A stretch of 64,000 bases of DNA from positions 434,001-498,000 of the forward strand of contig CAJFCJ010000022.1 in the NCBI GenBank assembly GCA_904063045.1. The letters are read 5' to 3'. The translations under genes and the position numbers were made by a program. This DNA is from Dimorphilus gyrociliatus (Eukaryota; Animalia; Annelida). The notes under the pieces were generated by a model that made no database searches, was not told the DNA's origin, and was given only the letters and a program-made list of their open reading frames with translations. Below, one piece after another: positions 45,801-60,118 of this stretch. Position 1 is the stretch's first letter, and every line of letters starts with the position of its first letter.

Positions 45801-48800
45801 ATGTCGTTAAAAGCTCTTGAAATTAACGAAGTTTTAACTGACAGTCCAAGTTTCAAGCAGAAACTAGCTGACCACAAGGCAGAGTTGGATCAAACAAACA
45901 AATACATAAAATCGTTGCACGAAGCTTGCAAAAATGTATTTGACACTGCTAAAGGTTTGTAAAGTCATCTTAAAGTATAATTGTAGAAGAATTTAGAGTC
46001 ATTCGCAATTGATTGTAGTATAGATATTTAAATTGGAACCGTTAAAAATGGCTCTTACACTCTTCTTATCAACTGTTTTTAAAAATGTTCTTATGTTATA
46101 TAACGAAAATTCTTTTGCATATTTCGACGAGAAATGATTTAATCAGTACTGCGATAAATAAAGTTAGGACTATTTGTATCCGTAATTAACTAGCTGGGCC
46201 ATATATGTGCATAAAAATCTATTGGAACTGATGTTGGTCTAAAAAATTAGTTTTCGACTTTTTAACAACTTAAAAAGGGTTAATTAATCTTTGAAGTATA
46301 ATGTATTAATCATGAAATTATATTTAAAATACGTTGAATAATTTTTAGTTATTGATTTATCAACAAAAACAATAATTCTGTATAACATAAGTAAATATAG
46401 ATAAATAGCATACTTATATCTAATATGTACATATATAAATTTCTGTTTAGTACTAATAAAAAGTAGATTTAAATATGTTTATAAAAAAAAATATGAATAA
46501 TCGTTTAATGGGATTCTTAAATTCTAACGTTATTCCTTTCATATTAAAAAAATGCACAATTCATTATTCTTTGGATTTTTGAATATATAGATTATTTTTT
46601 TCAAATCGAACAGAACGTTTTTTTTTTTCGGCTTCTCTCCGTCTCGTTCACCTTCTTTGTCTTTATCTCTGAATGAATACAAATAGACTCTTTTTTTTTT
46701 TAAATAAAATTCTATTTAATTGATGGAATAAAATTTCAACCTGAAAATCGAATCTGTTCCATATGCGGAAAAAATTCTGCTGTAGGCGTTGCACGTGACG
46801 TTCTCGGCACCTGGAAATCTCATTACTTCACGTTAAATGAATTTTACAGGGCTTTAAAGGTTTAAATATTACTGTCTTCTCTAAAGACTTGTACAACTTG
46901 TTAAACGTCTCTATCCAAGAAGGAAGAAACATTAGATAAATGATACAAATTTTTTAAGGAGAGGTGTAACGTTAGAGTTGCTTATTTTACTTTTTAATAC
47001 TTGAATTCTCTATAGCATTTGTTCACTAGCGTTGCATATTTGAGAGAAACTTTTATACGCTTCAACTTCTGATGTTTCAATGAACCAGAAATATGGCCCA
47101 CACATTCGAAACTATTCTGATTGTATTTACAGGCCTCAACAATTGTAATTATTCTACAAGTTAAATAAAAAAAATTCTAATAGATGACTAATCAAATTGA
47201 ATGCAATGTATGTAGAAATATTTGCCTGGCAGTACTAATAATAAAAAAGTTACACATGCAAAAAAGTTAGTTTTACTATTCAGAGTAAAAAATTTCGACC
47301 TTTTTGTCCAAAGTGCTCCTTTCTGTTTTTTAATGATACTTTTATGTTGGTTTTTATTACAAATGATCTTGAAATACATATACATATATATGTGTTATAG
47401 ATATATATATAGATATACAATGTATATTTTAACATTACAGATTTAAGCGATAAACAGCTGCATCTAGCAAAAATTTTAGAGGATTTTAATCTCAAATTCG
47501 CGGGAACCCAATCCGGGGACGATAAAGTCTTACAAGAATCATTCCAGAATTTCGCTCAATTACTAAAGCAGGTTGAAAATGAACGCGATTTGTTTTTAAA
47601 ATCAGTGGAAGATTGTATTCTTAATCAATTCGAAAGCTTTCGGAAAAAAGAGCTGGGTAACGTTAGAAAGGAGAGTAAAAATTATGAGGCTTCCTGTAAA
47701 AAATTTAGTAATGTTTTAAACAACTATTCTAAAAATAAATATTCGACGGATAGTTCTCTGAGAGAATTTGACGAAATGTTCGCCGACGAACAAAGAAAAT
47801 GGAACGATCAGGCTGCTAATTATATATTAAAAGTCTTAGAGGTTGAGGAGAAGAGAAAAATGGAACTTTTTAAGATTATGCAGACTTATATCAACGTTTG
47901 GTTCAATTTCTATCATGTTGGCTTTGAAAAGAAAAAAGATAATATGAATGATATAAATAAATTTCAATTAAAAATTCAACACTGTGAGATGAATTTTCAG
48001 CAGTTTCAAGAGGTTTGCTATTTGTTATTCAACTCTCAAGATCCTTATATTCTCCTTTTATTAAATTTCAATTTTTTCCATTCCCTTTTAGGATGCAAAT
48101 AAATTGAAAGAAGTTACATTTCTTTCGCGGAAAAAGAAGGGAATAGAAAACGGACTTAGCGATGTTCAATTACATGACGATAAAATTCCTGTTAGTTGTG
48201 AAGGAACTCTTTTCCTGTCTCAGAAGAAAAATCTTAAAAATTTAAAAACCATGGCTATTAACATAAGTTCGTCACCCGTTTGCAAAACTTTTTGTGAATA
48301 TAGAGATTCGCGACTTACTGTTAAACAAGAAAATGGTACAGAAAACACTTATTTAGTTTCACAGGGCATGAGGAAAATGTTGGGCGATCAAGGGACTGAT
48401 AGACGATATTGTTTTGAAGTGAATGCTCAAAAGCAGGATAAGTCACCAGTGACACTGACATTTATAGCAATTACGGAAGGCGACTTGAAAACATGGTTAA
48501 ATACCATAAATAAACATCCTGTCGACTCAGAAGTAAAAGTAGTAAAAAGACTTCCAAATTTCGACGATGTCGGTACTAAATTTGTTGAAAAATGTATTGA
48601 AATTATTGAAAAGTCGGCTGCAACCGAGCAAGGAATTTATAGACTTCCAGGTTTGTAAGTTTATATAAGTAGTTTTGTGTTTATCTAAACTTAACATTGT
48701 TAGTACACGCAAGAAATATTACTTTAAAGTTTCTAGATATAGTTAATCTGCTAAAAATAATATAAAGACTAATTAAATTAACAGGGGTGGCCACCAAAGT

Positions 48801-51188
48801 GCAAAAGCTCGTGAGTGATTGTATCGATAAGAGGAAACCATTATCTATTCTGGAAGGAACGGAGATTAAAGTAATTGCCTCGGCTTTAAAGCACTACTTT
48901 CGTGAGCTACCTGAACCTCTTTTAACCTTTGAACTATACGAAAGCTTCTTATCTGCTGCTAAAATGGAATCAAAATTACTAATGATTTCCGACATACATA
49001 GAGCTATCTACCAACTACCAGATGCTAACTTCGATATACTAAAAATCCTTGTTAAGCATCTTACCACCATTGCTGCACATTCCATAACAAATAAAATGAC
49101 GGCTGCTAATTTAGCAGTTGTTTGGGCACCAAGTCTTTTAAGGCCTCGGGTTCAAACAATTGAGGGTATAATAGAGACGAAATTTGTTACGGCCACCCTG
49201 GAGGTTCTAATCAATAACTATGAAGTTATATTTGCCGGTCCACTTAAGGATGGGGCAGCACCTCCCCCTCCACTGGAACCTGATTTAAATGGAGCTAAAA
49301 GAAAGAGCCCAGGACGAAGTAATGAAGATCTAGGTCCTAAAGATGTAATGAGTACTTCTTATCCAACTAACTCACCAGGTTTGTTTATGTCTTATCTTTC
49401 CTCTTCTGTTCAAATGATAAGTTTCTTTCTGTCGTTAGATGATGAAACCTCTTGAATTTTGTAGCTTGCTCTATAATATTTATATATAAATATATATAGA
49501 GAGAGAATGCGATTGCTTATAACGCATTTGATATCAAATTTTACTCATCAATCTCGTCATATAATACCGTTTTAAATGGCCTTTGAAGCCTAACTATAAT
49601 TATTAAAGAATTAAAGATTCCAGTTTGCATAGACAATATCTTTAACTGCCATAATTTTTTAAAAATTGTCAAATCTGTTTTTTTACAATTATAGACAAAC
49701 AGTGAATTTTTTTATTTTTATTGCTTAGCCTTAAATTCTTAAAAATTATTATGTAAATATATGTTCGTTTCACATATGATATATATGTATATAGAAAAAA
49801 AATTCCTGGATTTTCTCTTCCGTGATGAGCAACTAAAAAACTTTTTTTTCTCTAAAGAACTAGTTAAATATCAATTGCGTTTAATAATTATTATTATTCT
49901 TATTGCCTAATCAAAGGCCAATCAATGTTACCAGAAGTCAGACTGCTGTGTAAAATTGTATGCATGGCCTGTTTCCCCATTTCCCTTGCACAATTTGCTT
50001 TCGCTTTGCACAGAATTTACTGGAGCCGTATTAGTTAGATGTCCCAAGAAGACCTTAACCCCGACCGTTACCCAACGCCGCTTTGTCTCAACCAGCGCTG
50101 AAGATCTTAATGGCAAAAGACAATATCCTGGTGAGGCTTGCGTTTATTTTAAACGAAAGGGAGAACTTTTTCTAGTATCCTCTGTTCTGTTTGGTACAAC
50201 CGAAAAATTTTCATTTGATATATTTATGCTCTTTTATTGTTTATTTTTTTACACTCTATTGAATATAGATTTTGTTTTTTAGTTACCACAGCATCAAAAC
50301 CAAACGCCAACAAATTCGAATTCAGGTAAAATTTTAAACTTTACTTTTAAATTATTATTAATTAAAATAATTTTATTAAATCGAGTACTTGAACAGCAGC
50401 CTTTTTCGCAAAAGGAAATCATCAAATGATTCGATTATGTCCAACTCTTTTTCTGTGTAAGCGCCATATTCTAAATGTTGTTCCGAAATCACAATTGTTT
50501 ATTTTTTTATTTTATTATTATTTTTATTTGTGAGTGTGTAAAAATTTTGCTTGATATTTTTCGACCTTTTCCCCCGATTGAAGTTTATTTTAATTTAAAA
50601 GCAATGAAAAGATTAGTTTTTTAAGTTAGATGAATTAACTTACAAACTCACGATTTTTAAAATTATACGTTAATATAAGAAAACTTTGATTCGAATGATA
50701 ATTTTTTTCTATAATTTAAAATCAGTAGAAAGCTTTTGTCGCCTTGATTTTATAAAAAGTAAATATTCGTATTTATATACAGTAATTAGATTGTAATAGC
50801 ACCTTTATTTAAATGAATATTTTGATAAACTTTGTCAATTATGTTTAATATAAGTGTTTTTATTTAAAGTATTTATAATTTTATAATTTTACTTTGTAAT
50901 TTATAGATAATTTATAGAAATTGTTGCTACTATTACAGCTCATCCTCATCATCCGTTTCTTCTCCTCATACAAGACTATCTCCTCCTCAGCCTCAACGGT
51001 CACCATTGCCAAGTCGTCAGGTTCGAGCGCTCTATCCGTGTGAAGCTGATGAAGACGGTGAATTAACCTTTGGAGTAAGTGATGTAATGCATGAAGTAGA
51101 GAAATGCCACCAAGAAAATTGGCTGAAAGCGACAGATAATAAAGGCCGAAGGGGTAGAATACCAAGAAATTACGTTGAATTTATTTGA
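45801..51188 (+). CDS. Graf: GRAF/oligophrenin-family Rho GTPase-activating protein (BAR-PH-RhoGAP-SH3; ARHGAP26/10/42-like)
   Basis: N-terminus 'MSLKALE...DSPSF...L..H.AELD.TNK.IK', PH-like region, GAP arginine finger 'QGIYRLPG', 'ALKHYFRELPEPLL', 'NKMTAANLAVVWAPSLLR', C-terminal SH3 'RALYPC...ELTF...W...G.IP.NYV'. Exons start at 45801, 47441, ~48091, 48785, 50014, 50283 and ~50938. Confidence 0.9.
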
Positions 51189-52416
51189 ATTAGGTAATTT
51201 CTTAACTATGCAGAAAAGATTAAATATCCCAAAGATGTCTGCTTTTCTAGTCGTAAGCATATTTTAAAAACTGCAGAACTTTTTAATTTTAATTTAGCGG
51301 GCTCGATTGTTGACAAGTAACTAAAAACACTATTGTTGGTTTTGAAACCGTTCTTGGGTATCGCTATTACTTAGCTTTATTTACTTTTTTTAGTATTGAT
51401 GATCTTTATCATATTTAAACCATGATATTTGCTATAAAATATTGCTTGAAAAGTTTGTACGTTGTTTAGTATTTTTCAGTTATAACAGGCTAATTAATTA
51501 GTGATTGTATAAAGTGTTTAAGATCAAAGAATGCCATATTCAACTTGAAGAAAGTGCTGACATAGCAAGTTTTACATTAAAACGCTTTAGGTGAAGTCAT
51601 TTTGTGTTAACATTGTATAAGTATAATTAATAGTATAAGTTAATTCATACCTCAAAGACATTTCTTATATAATTAATTTAATAATGATTTGTATGCTTTT
51701 CCTTTTAAATTTGATCAATCGTCAACCAAGCTGGAAACTTGGAATTTTTTTGGTCATATTTTGAATAGTTCATTTATTTAAACCTAAACAAGAAATTTCA
51801 AAACAACAATCTGCATAAAATATAATTAATCGGGCATTCTTGTTTCGTAACATACTTTGAAATACTCATCAATGTAAAACTGTTATACATACACTATACA
51901 ATATATACTGTATATACAGTAAAAATTTAGTGCATATACTGTATATATGTATACAATGTCTATTTTACATTTAGTGAGCTTTTTTGCAGCTTAACCATAA
52001 TATATCTAGTTAAGATAATACTTTATGCTTCTTTTATTTTCTAAAACATGTTATATCTATATATATATATATATATATATAGTATAGCTGAAATAATAAC
52101 AAGTATCAAAATACTGTTTCCTTATGGTTCCCGTCTTCTATATATTCGTCGTTTGAAATTCGATTTATATAAATATATACTTTATGACTTAATATACAGT
52201 GTACACATAAACAATATATAAGCGTATATTATTGCTTTATACATATAAAAGTAATATGTATGTTCGCAGTCAATTTACTATTGTAGCATGTCATTAGACG
52301 CTTCAAAGTTGATTAAATTGAAAAAAATATACAGTGTCTTTGAGAATAAACGCTATTATTAAATTTTCTTTTAAACGCTTTAAATAAACACACTAATATA
52401 TATAAAGTTTGTTTTC

Positions 52417-54444
52417 CTATTCCTCTATAACCATTGGTATCCTTCCCAAATTCCTATTACTCTGAAAGCATCTTTCAACTGCAGTAAGACCAATGAGACT
52501 AATCAACTGCAAAAAATTAAAATGATATACGATATTTTGCAAGTATTTGCAATTAATTTGGTACTTACGCTTAGAGCGAATATTCCCCCAAATAGTGTTG
52601 ATGACCATTGAAAGCCCAGTTGATCAACAATATACCCGCTTATTGTTGGGCCAAGAAATGCTCCAAAATTGTTGTAGGCGTTGTATAAACCAGATATTAT
52701 TCCGTCTGTCTCTATCCCTTCGGGATAATCTTTGGATCTAAATTATATTTTACATTATGGAAGTAATTTATTTTCTATTTTTAGCTCAGTAGTTAGGCAA
52801 AAAACATACTTGGCAACATCAACGAATTCTTTATAAGTAGTTATAATACTTCCCCATCCAATTCCTGCAATAGCAAAGCTGACGCCTACCAGCCAAAGTT
52901 TACACCTGGAAAACAGTAATTGGTAGACAATTGTCTGGAAATAAACAAGTCAAAACAAACCTTATAAAGAAGAACAGTTTAGAAGGACCAATTAATAGAA
53001 ATCCTATCAAACTAATTGAAATACCAACAATTAATACAGATCTTTCTTTTCCCTAAAATAGAATACATTATGTAATACTATAGTTTACTATAAGCACTTT
53101 GTAGAAGAACTTGCAAGTTTATCACAGATTTTTCCGTAAATTGGCGAAGATAGAGCGAGAGTAGCCGGAGCAATTAAAAAGATTCCACCCACTTGAACAG
53201 GACTTAAATGAAACTGAAGAAAGAGAGCATAATGTATAAGAAGAAGAAGAGAGATTTCTTTGCTGGTTTATGTTTACCTGTTGGAGGTAAGGAGCTAGTG
53301 ACACGTCTATAAAACCCAGTAACATCTGAGCTACGGCTAACAAACATCCTATTACGATGATGGTAGGACTTTTGAGAAGAGGAATTATTGATATATTACT
53401 ATTAGTTAGCTGTTGATTGTCTATAAGTAGAATAATTGAAAGTATGTTTACAGAATATAATCTAGTGTTCGAATGATGCTTACTGTCAATTGACGGCAAT
53501 AGAAAAAAGGCGACTATTGTCAGCAGAAAGTAAATAGATGCAGTAACAGCAAAAGGTAAATAAAAACCATCGACAGAGTACAATAAACCTCCGAAAATTG
53601 GTCCGATCATGAGACCTAAAGCTTTTGCTGCTTGTAATAAGCCCATAACAAAATTAAGATTGTCCAAGAACAGGAACGACGCTATAGCGCAGCCCGCCGT
53701 TGTGGATGCTGCCGCTCCAAGAGCTTCGCTTGTTCTACTGAGGCAGCACATAACCACATAAATAGGCCCGTTGGGACTCCATTCAAGTATTCTGTAAATG
53801 GGAAGGTGAGATATTTAAATATTCAATGGATTATAGCGAGGAACCAATAAAGAAATAAATGAAAACTTATGAAATTCTGACCCGAATAAAGCTGTACAAA
53901 TGCTAACTATAAAGCTTCCCGCGACAAACATAAATTTTGCACCAGTTTTTGATATCTAATTAGGAGAGGAATTTGAGTAAATATCTTTTTTTAACAGTAT
54001 GGTATAATTATACTATTTTGCCAAAAACTGGTGTCGAAAGTAGCATAACAAGTTGATAGCTGCCGAGAATAATTCCTATTTCTGTTCGACTAGCCCCTTT
54101 ACTAATCGCCTGTAAAACGACGATTCTAATTAATACAGTTATAATCTTTAATTGATAAATGAAAATTAGATACTGACCACCGTTGGAAAAAATGGTGATA
54201 ATAAGGAAATAAACAGGGAATTAATGAAATTAATAAGAAATAGAATTACTAAAATGATTAATTTCTTATTGAATCTTGGTGGTTTCTTAATGTGTTCGCC
54301 TTCCGTCTCTTTGTTATTTGTTTGGTAGCTGTTTGTAGCGGCATTAATGATCTTGTAACTTTCGCTATGCTCTTCATTGTTTTCCTGATTTGTTGCAGTA
54401 AATATGAACATTTCTTTTTTTAGAAAACAATAGAATCTCCTCAC
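52417..54444 (-). CDS. SLC18B1: MFS transporter SLC18B1-like (vesicular polyamine transporter family); start codon uncertain
   Basis: 'SLLSPFFP..A..KGAS.TEIG.I...Y.L', 'G.KFMFVAG', 'R..EALG.AA', 'GLMIGP.FGG.LY..GFYLPF', 'F.D.SLAPYL'; multi-exon with short introns. Confidence 0.8.
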
Positions 54445-54873
54445 AGTTCAAAGTCCTCTGTTTAAGCTATAAAAAAAATCGATAAAAAAAATGTTACTAC
54501 ATTCAATTTTTTTTTAAATCTTATCTCTATCTCTCTATTATCAATTTCTCTTTCTCTCTTTGCGCTCTGTCTTTCTTTTTTTCGTTTTTCTATTCTCTTT
54601 TCAATACTTTTAAGATTATACAACAATGACAGATGTTGTCTCGTCGTTTTAGTTCTAAAAATAGCTTTTTAATATCTATATAAAGCTTACTTTGTAACAA
54701 ATTTAGTTAATTTATTTATTCATGTTTTATTTGCAAAGAGAATAGAGAATGAATATTCAGTTTTGTCATATTTATCAAAATAAATCACAATGTAATTTGG
54801 GGCGGTTTTCGTTACAGATTATATAAAATCAGATATAAATCTGGAATTTCTTTGTTAAACTTTAAATTGCTTC
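54445..54873. promoter_or_regulatory. Short divergent promoter between the SLC18B1-like gene and fucosidase
   Basis: About 430 bp head-to-head gap; GC-box-like GGGGCGG at 54799-54805. Confidence 0.4.
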
Positions 54874-56462
54874 ATGAAGATGAAGACTTTATTGATCTTA
54901 TCCTTATGCTTCACCGTCGTTGCCTCTAGGTATTCTCCTACGTGGGAATCTGTTGACAGTAGACCCATACCTCAATGGTACAACGATGCTAAAATTGGTA
55001 TCTTTATGCATTGGGGTGTATTTTCAGTTCCCTCTTTTGGAACTGAATGGTTTTGGAACCGATGGAAGAGTGGCGACCCATCTTTTGTAAATTTTGTTAA
55101 GAACAATTATAGACCAAACTGGACTTATGCAGACTTTGCAAGAGATTTTACAACCGAATTCTTTAATCCAGATGACTGGGCGGAACTGTTCAAGGCTTCT
55201 GGTGCGAAGTAAGTATCCAATAGCATTTTACGGGAAAAGACAATGAAGGAAGATTCATTTTTCTCTCGATTTTTGCTAGATACGTTGTTCTAACTAGTAA
55301 ACATCACGAAGGCTTCACTAATTGGCCTTCGAATGTTTCGTTCAATTGGAATTCAAAAGCAGTTGGACCAAATAAAGATCTAGTTGGAATGTTGGCAGAT
55401 TCAATTAGGGCAAAAACTGACATTCATTTTGGGGTATATCATTCCATGTTCGAATGGTACAATCCATTGTATAATATTGATAAAGAGAATAATTTTAAGA
55501 GCCAGTATTTCGTTAAGGTATATTAATTTCTATCTAGACTCTATATACTGTATATCTCTTCTTCCCTTCTCATAAATTTATTGATATATCAAGTAATTTA
55601 ATATAGAGTAAAGCTCTACCAGAACTATACGAATTGGTTATGAATTACAAACCCGAAGTTATCTGGTCGGACGGAGATTGGGAAGCATCATCCGCCTATT
55701 GGAACAGTACTGAATTCTTGGCGTGGTTGTACAATGACAGTCCCGTTAAAGATACTGTCGCCGTAAACGATAGATGGGGAAATGACGCTACATGTAAGCA
55801 TGGAGGTTATTATACATGTTCGGATAGATTCAATCCAGGAACAATTCAAAAGCATAAATTCGAAAATGCTATGACTATTGATAGAAGCTCGTGGGGTTAT
55901 AGAAGAGAAGCTAAATTAGAGGACTATTTAACTATTGAAACTTTGCTAGAAACTTTAGCTCAAACTGTTAGGTATGTATGAAGGGGATGCACTCTAATCC
56001 TATTCTAAAGATTCTATAGCGGCTCGTTCTACCCTTTTTCCATTTTTCAGTTGTAATGGTAATTTATTAATGAATATTGGACCAACTAAAGACGGCCGTA
56101 TCATACCCATTTTCGAAGAGAGATTAAGGCAAATGGGAAAGTGGTTAGGAGTAAATGGAGATGCTATCTACGAGTCCAGACCATGGAAGAGAGCTAACGA
56201 CACAATGACTAAAAGAGTATATTACACTATGAAACCGGACGCAGTATACGCCACATTCTTTAATTGGCCAATGAATGGTCAATTAATGTTGAAGAGCGTT
56301 ACTCCAATGCCGAATACTAAAGTATCGCTACTAGGTTACTCTGGAAATCTTATGTTTAAAAATTTAGATAACCAAGGTATATCCGTTTCAATTCCGGCAT
56401 TAAATCCATCTCAGATACCAACACCATGGGCTTGGGTATTGAAATTGGAGAATATTCGATAA
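54874..56462 (+). CDS. FUCA1: Alpha-L-fucosidase (GH29), 4 exons, with signal peptide
   Basis: '[35 protein letters not shown]', 'LTSKHHEGF', nucleophile motif 'WSDGD', 'VNDRWG', '[19 protein letters not shown]'. Confidence 0.96.
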
Positions 56463-57251
56463 GCTACACTAACAATTATAGTTGATAAAAAGGAGGAACA
56501 ACTAATTCCATTCAATAGCTTTTCTCGTTGAATACGAATTTTCATTGATTGAATTAAAAATACAGAATACTATACTAATAAATGCTCCGTCAGTACAATA
56601 TATCTATATATATGTAGGCCTACGCAACACAAAAATAAGATATAGGAACATTCAGGTTTTCAGAACATGATTAAGTGTAAATATATCTTATATCTATATA
56701 TGAACACAAGGATAACCTCTTGCTTCTCTTTCTCAAGCTATTCATTACGAAAACAATCAAGATATAAACAGAAAAGTTATCTTCTTATCTTTAATTAGTT
56801 CATCATTAAAATATTAGTTAGATTATCTATTGAAAAAACATGTAATCAGCAGAAAATATCTTAAAAAAACGTTAAAAAAAGGAGATTACGCAATAAAATA
56901 AACGATTTCTATATATCTGCATATATCATATATCTTTTCCCGATAAGACATTTTACTATAACACTAGTGTAGTATTTCTTATAAAAAACAAAACAAACAA
57001 ATTTAATCCCCTTTCTACAAAAATATTCGGTAATTTGTCAACTTCTGTAATAAATCAAAGCTTCGTTAAATATTCAAAAGACTATAGCTACTGTAGTTGT
57101 TTTAGCTTTAACCCACTAAAACATTTTCCCATTCTTTCTAAATGCTCCACTGTACTACAAGCATAGGCTTATACTCGAATCAATAACACAGCTATCTAGT
57201 ATATAAACTGGTAAAAATATTTAAAATCAGCTCAGTCGTTTAAGCAGTTAC

Positions 57252-59309
57252 ATGAAAGAAATGTTGCATACTTTCCGAGCCGTTGTACTCGATAAGTTAA
57301 ATTCTGTACAATCCTTCCTTATTGACAATTTGAGTCAAGTCACTGGCAGAGATATCCAATCTTTAATTGATGATAATGGCAATGCATTCAAAGTAATCTT
57401 GGGGTCGTCTGTTTGCATTGTAATTGCTATTTATATATCGAGGAGAAAGCGGAAGATTTCTAAAGAAATACCTGGACCTGCAGGTTGGCCAATAGTTGGA
57501 AACTATTTCGATAACAGAGACGCAGAATTTCACAATAGAATCGATCAATGGGCGAAACAATTTCAAGGAATATTCCAAGTCAATTTACTGTCTAAAAAAC
57601 ACATAGTTGTCACCTCATTAAAAGGACTTCAGGAGTGTCTCCTGGAAAAGTCCACCGACTATGCAGGAAGATCAGAAACATTCAGATTATCAGTAAGCTA
57701 CTCATTTAAAAATTTTCCTTATTAATTAAACAATCCATTTATTTCGTTTCAAAGCTTTCATACGATCTTCCGAATGATTTAATATTTACAAGTTTCTCAC
57801 CCGAATGGAACGCAAGGAAGAAGTTGGCTATGAAATCAATGAAGGTTCCTTATTCAATTCGCTTTGAATACTCTAATTCACTCGCTAAAATATTCGTATT
57901 CTTGTTTAGATGTATGGAGAAGGCTTGGAAGATCTCGAAAGGGTAACTGATCAAGTACTCGATGACTTTTTCAAAAACATCGATGAAAAACAAGGTCAAC
58001 CTTGGGTGATTAACGAAGATATCATCAATTGTTTCGTCAACATCATCTTTACTTTGGTATATATTTTCTCTTCATATCACTTGTCTCTATAGTATTATCT
58101 TTCTATCCACTTTTTTTATAATATAGGCTCTTGGAAAACGATTACCATGGAATGACCCAGCAATAGGTTTCTTGAAGAAAAATTTCGATGCTGCCACTCC
58201 ATCTCAAATATCACCGGAAGGGATTATTTTGGACATATTCCCTTTCTTATGGAAGATGAATTTTCCAAGCAAAATATGCTCGGATTTACAAAAAGGTTTA
58301 GACGCCAACAAATGGTTTAAGAACGAAATTGACGAACAATTGGTAAACTAATAAATTCACTTTTAATCCACTTTAAACTTTCTATTATTATGTTGATTAT
58401 AAACAGAAAACATTCGAAGCCAATAAGCCACGTGGCTACTTGGACCTATTCTATCAAGAATATCTAAATGAGCAGAAATTGGATTCAAAGACAAAGATAT
58501 CTTATCCTCAACTTGTTATGATGACTATTCAAACTTTGATTGCCGGTAATTTCTCTTCATTTTTCATTCAATGACATAATAGTAACTGTTTGAAATTTTT
58601 TTATTTAACTCAATTGCCACTAGGATATGCCACTACTGCTACTGCCGTAACTTGTTTTATTCAATTAATGCTAAGATATCCAGAAATTCAAGAAAAGATT
58701 TATCATGAAATCATTGATAATGTAGGAAATGATAGACGTCCAAATATCAATGATAAAAATAATCATCATTATCTAATGGTATTGTTACAAACTACAAACA
58801 ATGATTATCTAATGGAATTCAACTTTTAAAAAACATATTTCTCTTTTCAGGCTACAATTTATGAACTTTTGCGATTTACAAGTCACGTACCGTTTTCCGT
58901 TCATAAATCTATTAAAAATACTACTTTGCTGGGATATGAAATTCCAAAGAACACAACGCTGATTACATTCTTTTGGGGTCTACACCACGATGAGAAAATC
59001 TTTCCAGAACCGTACAAGTTCAAGCCTGAAAGATATTTAGAAGAAAATGGAGAGTTTGTTGCACCCGGACATCCTTGCAGAAAAGCTCTATTTGCCTTTG
59101 GAGCCGGTAGACGTGTTTGCTTGGGAGAAACTTTGGCAAAGAATCGATTGTTTCTTGTGATAGGAGCATTGGTTCAGAACTATAAATTCCTTCCAGGAAA
59201 TGGTAAGGACATAGGAGAGGATGTAGATCCTAGAGACTATAAATTTGGAATCGTACTCAATCCAGGAGATCTAAATGTTCGAATGATAAGGAGAAACGGT
59301 AAAACTTAG
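57252..59309 (+). CDS. Cytochrome P450, clan-2-like (CYP17/CYP1/CYP2-like), copy A, 7 exons
   Basis: PGP..WPIVGN, WxxxR (WNARK), I-helix AGYATT, ExxR (YELLR), PERY, heme motif FGAGRRVCLG; GT-AG introns in frame. Confidence 0.93.
57714..58784 (+). repeat. Near-identical tract shared with 62102-63171 (exons and introns)
   Basis: Offset 4388/4387; about ten differences found by eye in ~1070 bp. Confidence 0.9.
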
Positions 59310-59921
59310 GCGAAAACTATGAGAATGAATACACAGAGATTCAATTAACCGTCTTTTCATGTAAATTGTTGTTACACAAAATTTATCTTTGTTTCAATTA
59401 GTTTTTAATTTTTTTTTGAGTGATTTTAATAAAGAAAAATTGAACTGAACTGGTTTTCTTTATGCTTAAAATAAGGGATAAATTTCTATTGATTTAACCT
59501 TTATATCTTTGAAAAAATGGCTGATGATGTAAATAGAGCAAAATATTTCGAAACAAGTCTTTGCGTTAAACAATGTTTAGGAAAGGTTAAAAGCTTTTCT
59601 GGTTAAAAACTCAGTCTCTATTACTGTAACAGTTGACAAATGCATCAGCTGTCCATTATTGAGATCAATATGATAGAGCCTTTACAACTAAATGGTTAAT
59701 TCATCTCCTTTCAACATTTTTGCTATTTATACTTCTGAGAGGGAAGAAAGTTAACGATGGCCGATTGGTTAGAAGGACTCTAGAAACGCCTCGTCCAAAA
59801 ATCAGTTGGTTTCATCCAAAAATTGGTGACGTTAGCTGCTACTGTCCATTATTTCTGGGGTAAAAAATAACTTACTCTATTACAAAATTGTAATAAGCAT
59901 TGCTTGTTGAATATTGTTGTA

Positions 59922-60118
59922 AATAGCCTCCTCTTTGCAGTCAAATATAAGATGGTTTATATTGTTGAACGCTATTCAAATACAGAGAACAGAATAAGTA
60001 AAAAATATGAATTCCCACTAGGAAATGATAATGGTATAGGAGATGGCGCTGGTCCTAGAAATAATAAATTTTGGTTCATATTGAACAGTGGGGACTTGAA
60101 TGTTTGAATGATAAGAGG
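59922..60118 (+). pseudogene. Degenerate fragment of the terminal exon of the same P450 family
   Basis: 'KYEFPLGNDNGIGDGAGPRNNKFWFILNSGDLNV*MIR' aligns with 'NYKFLPGNGKDIGEDVDPRDYKFGIVLNPGDLNVRMIR'. CGA>TGA nonsense change; the heme Cys position reads Tyr (VYIVE vs VCLGE). Confidence 0.75.
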
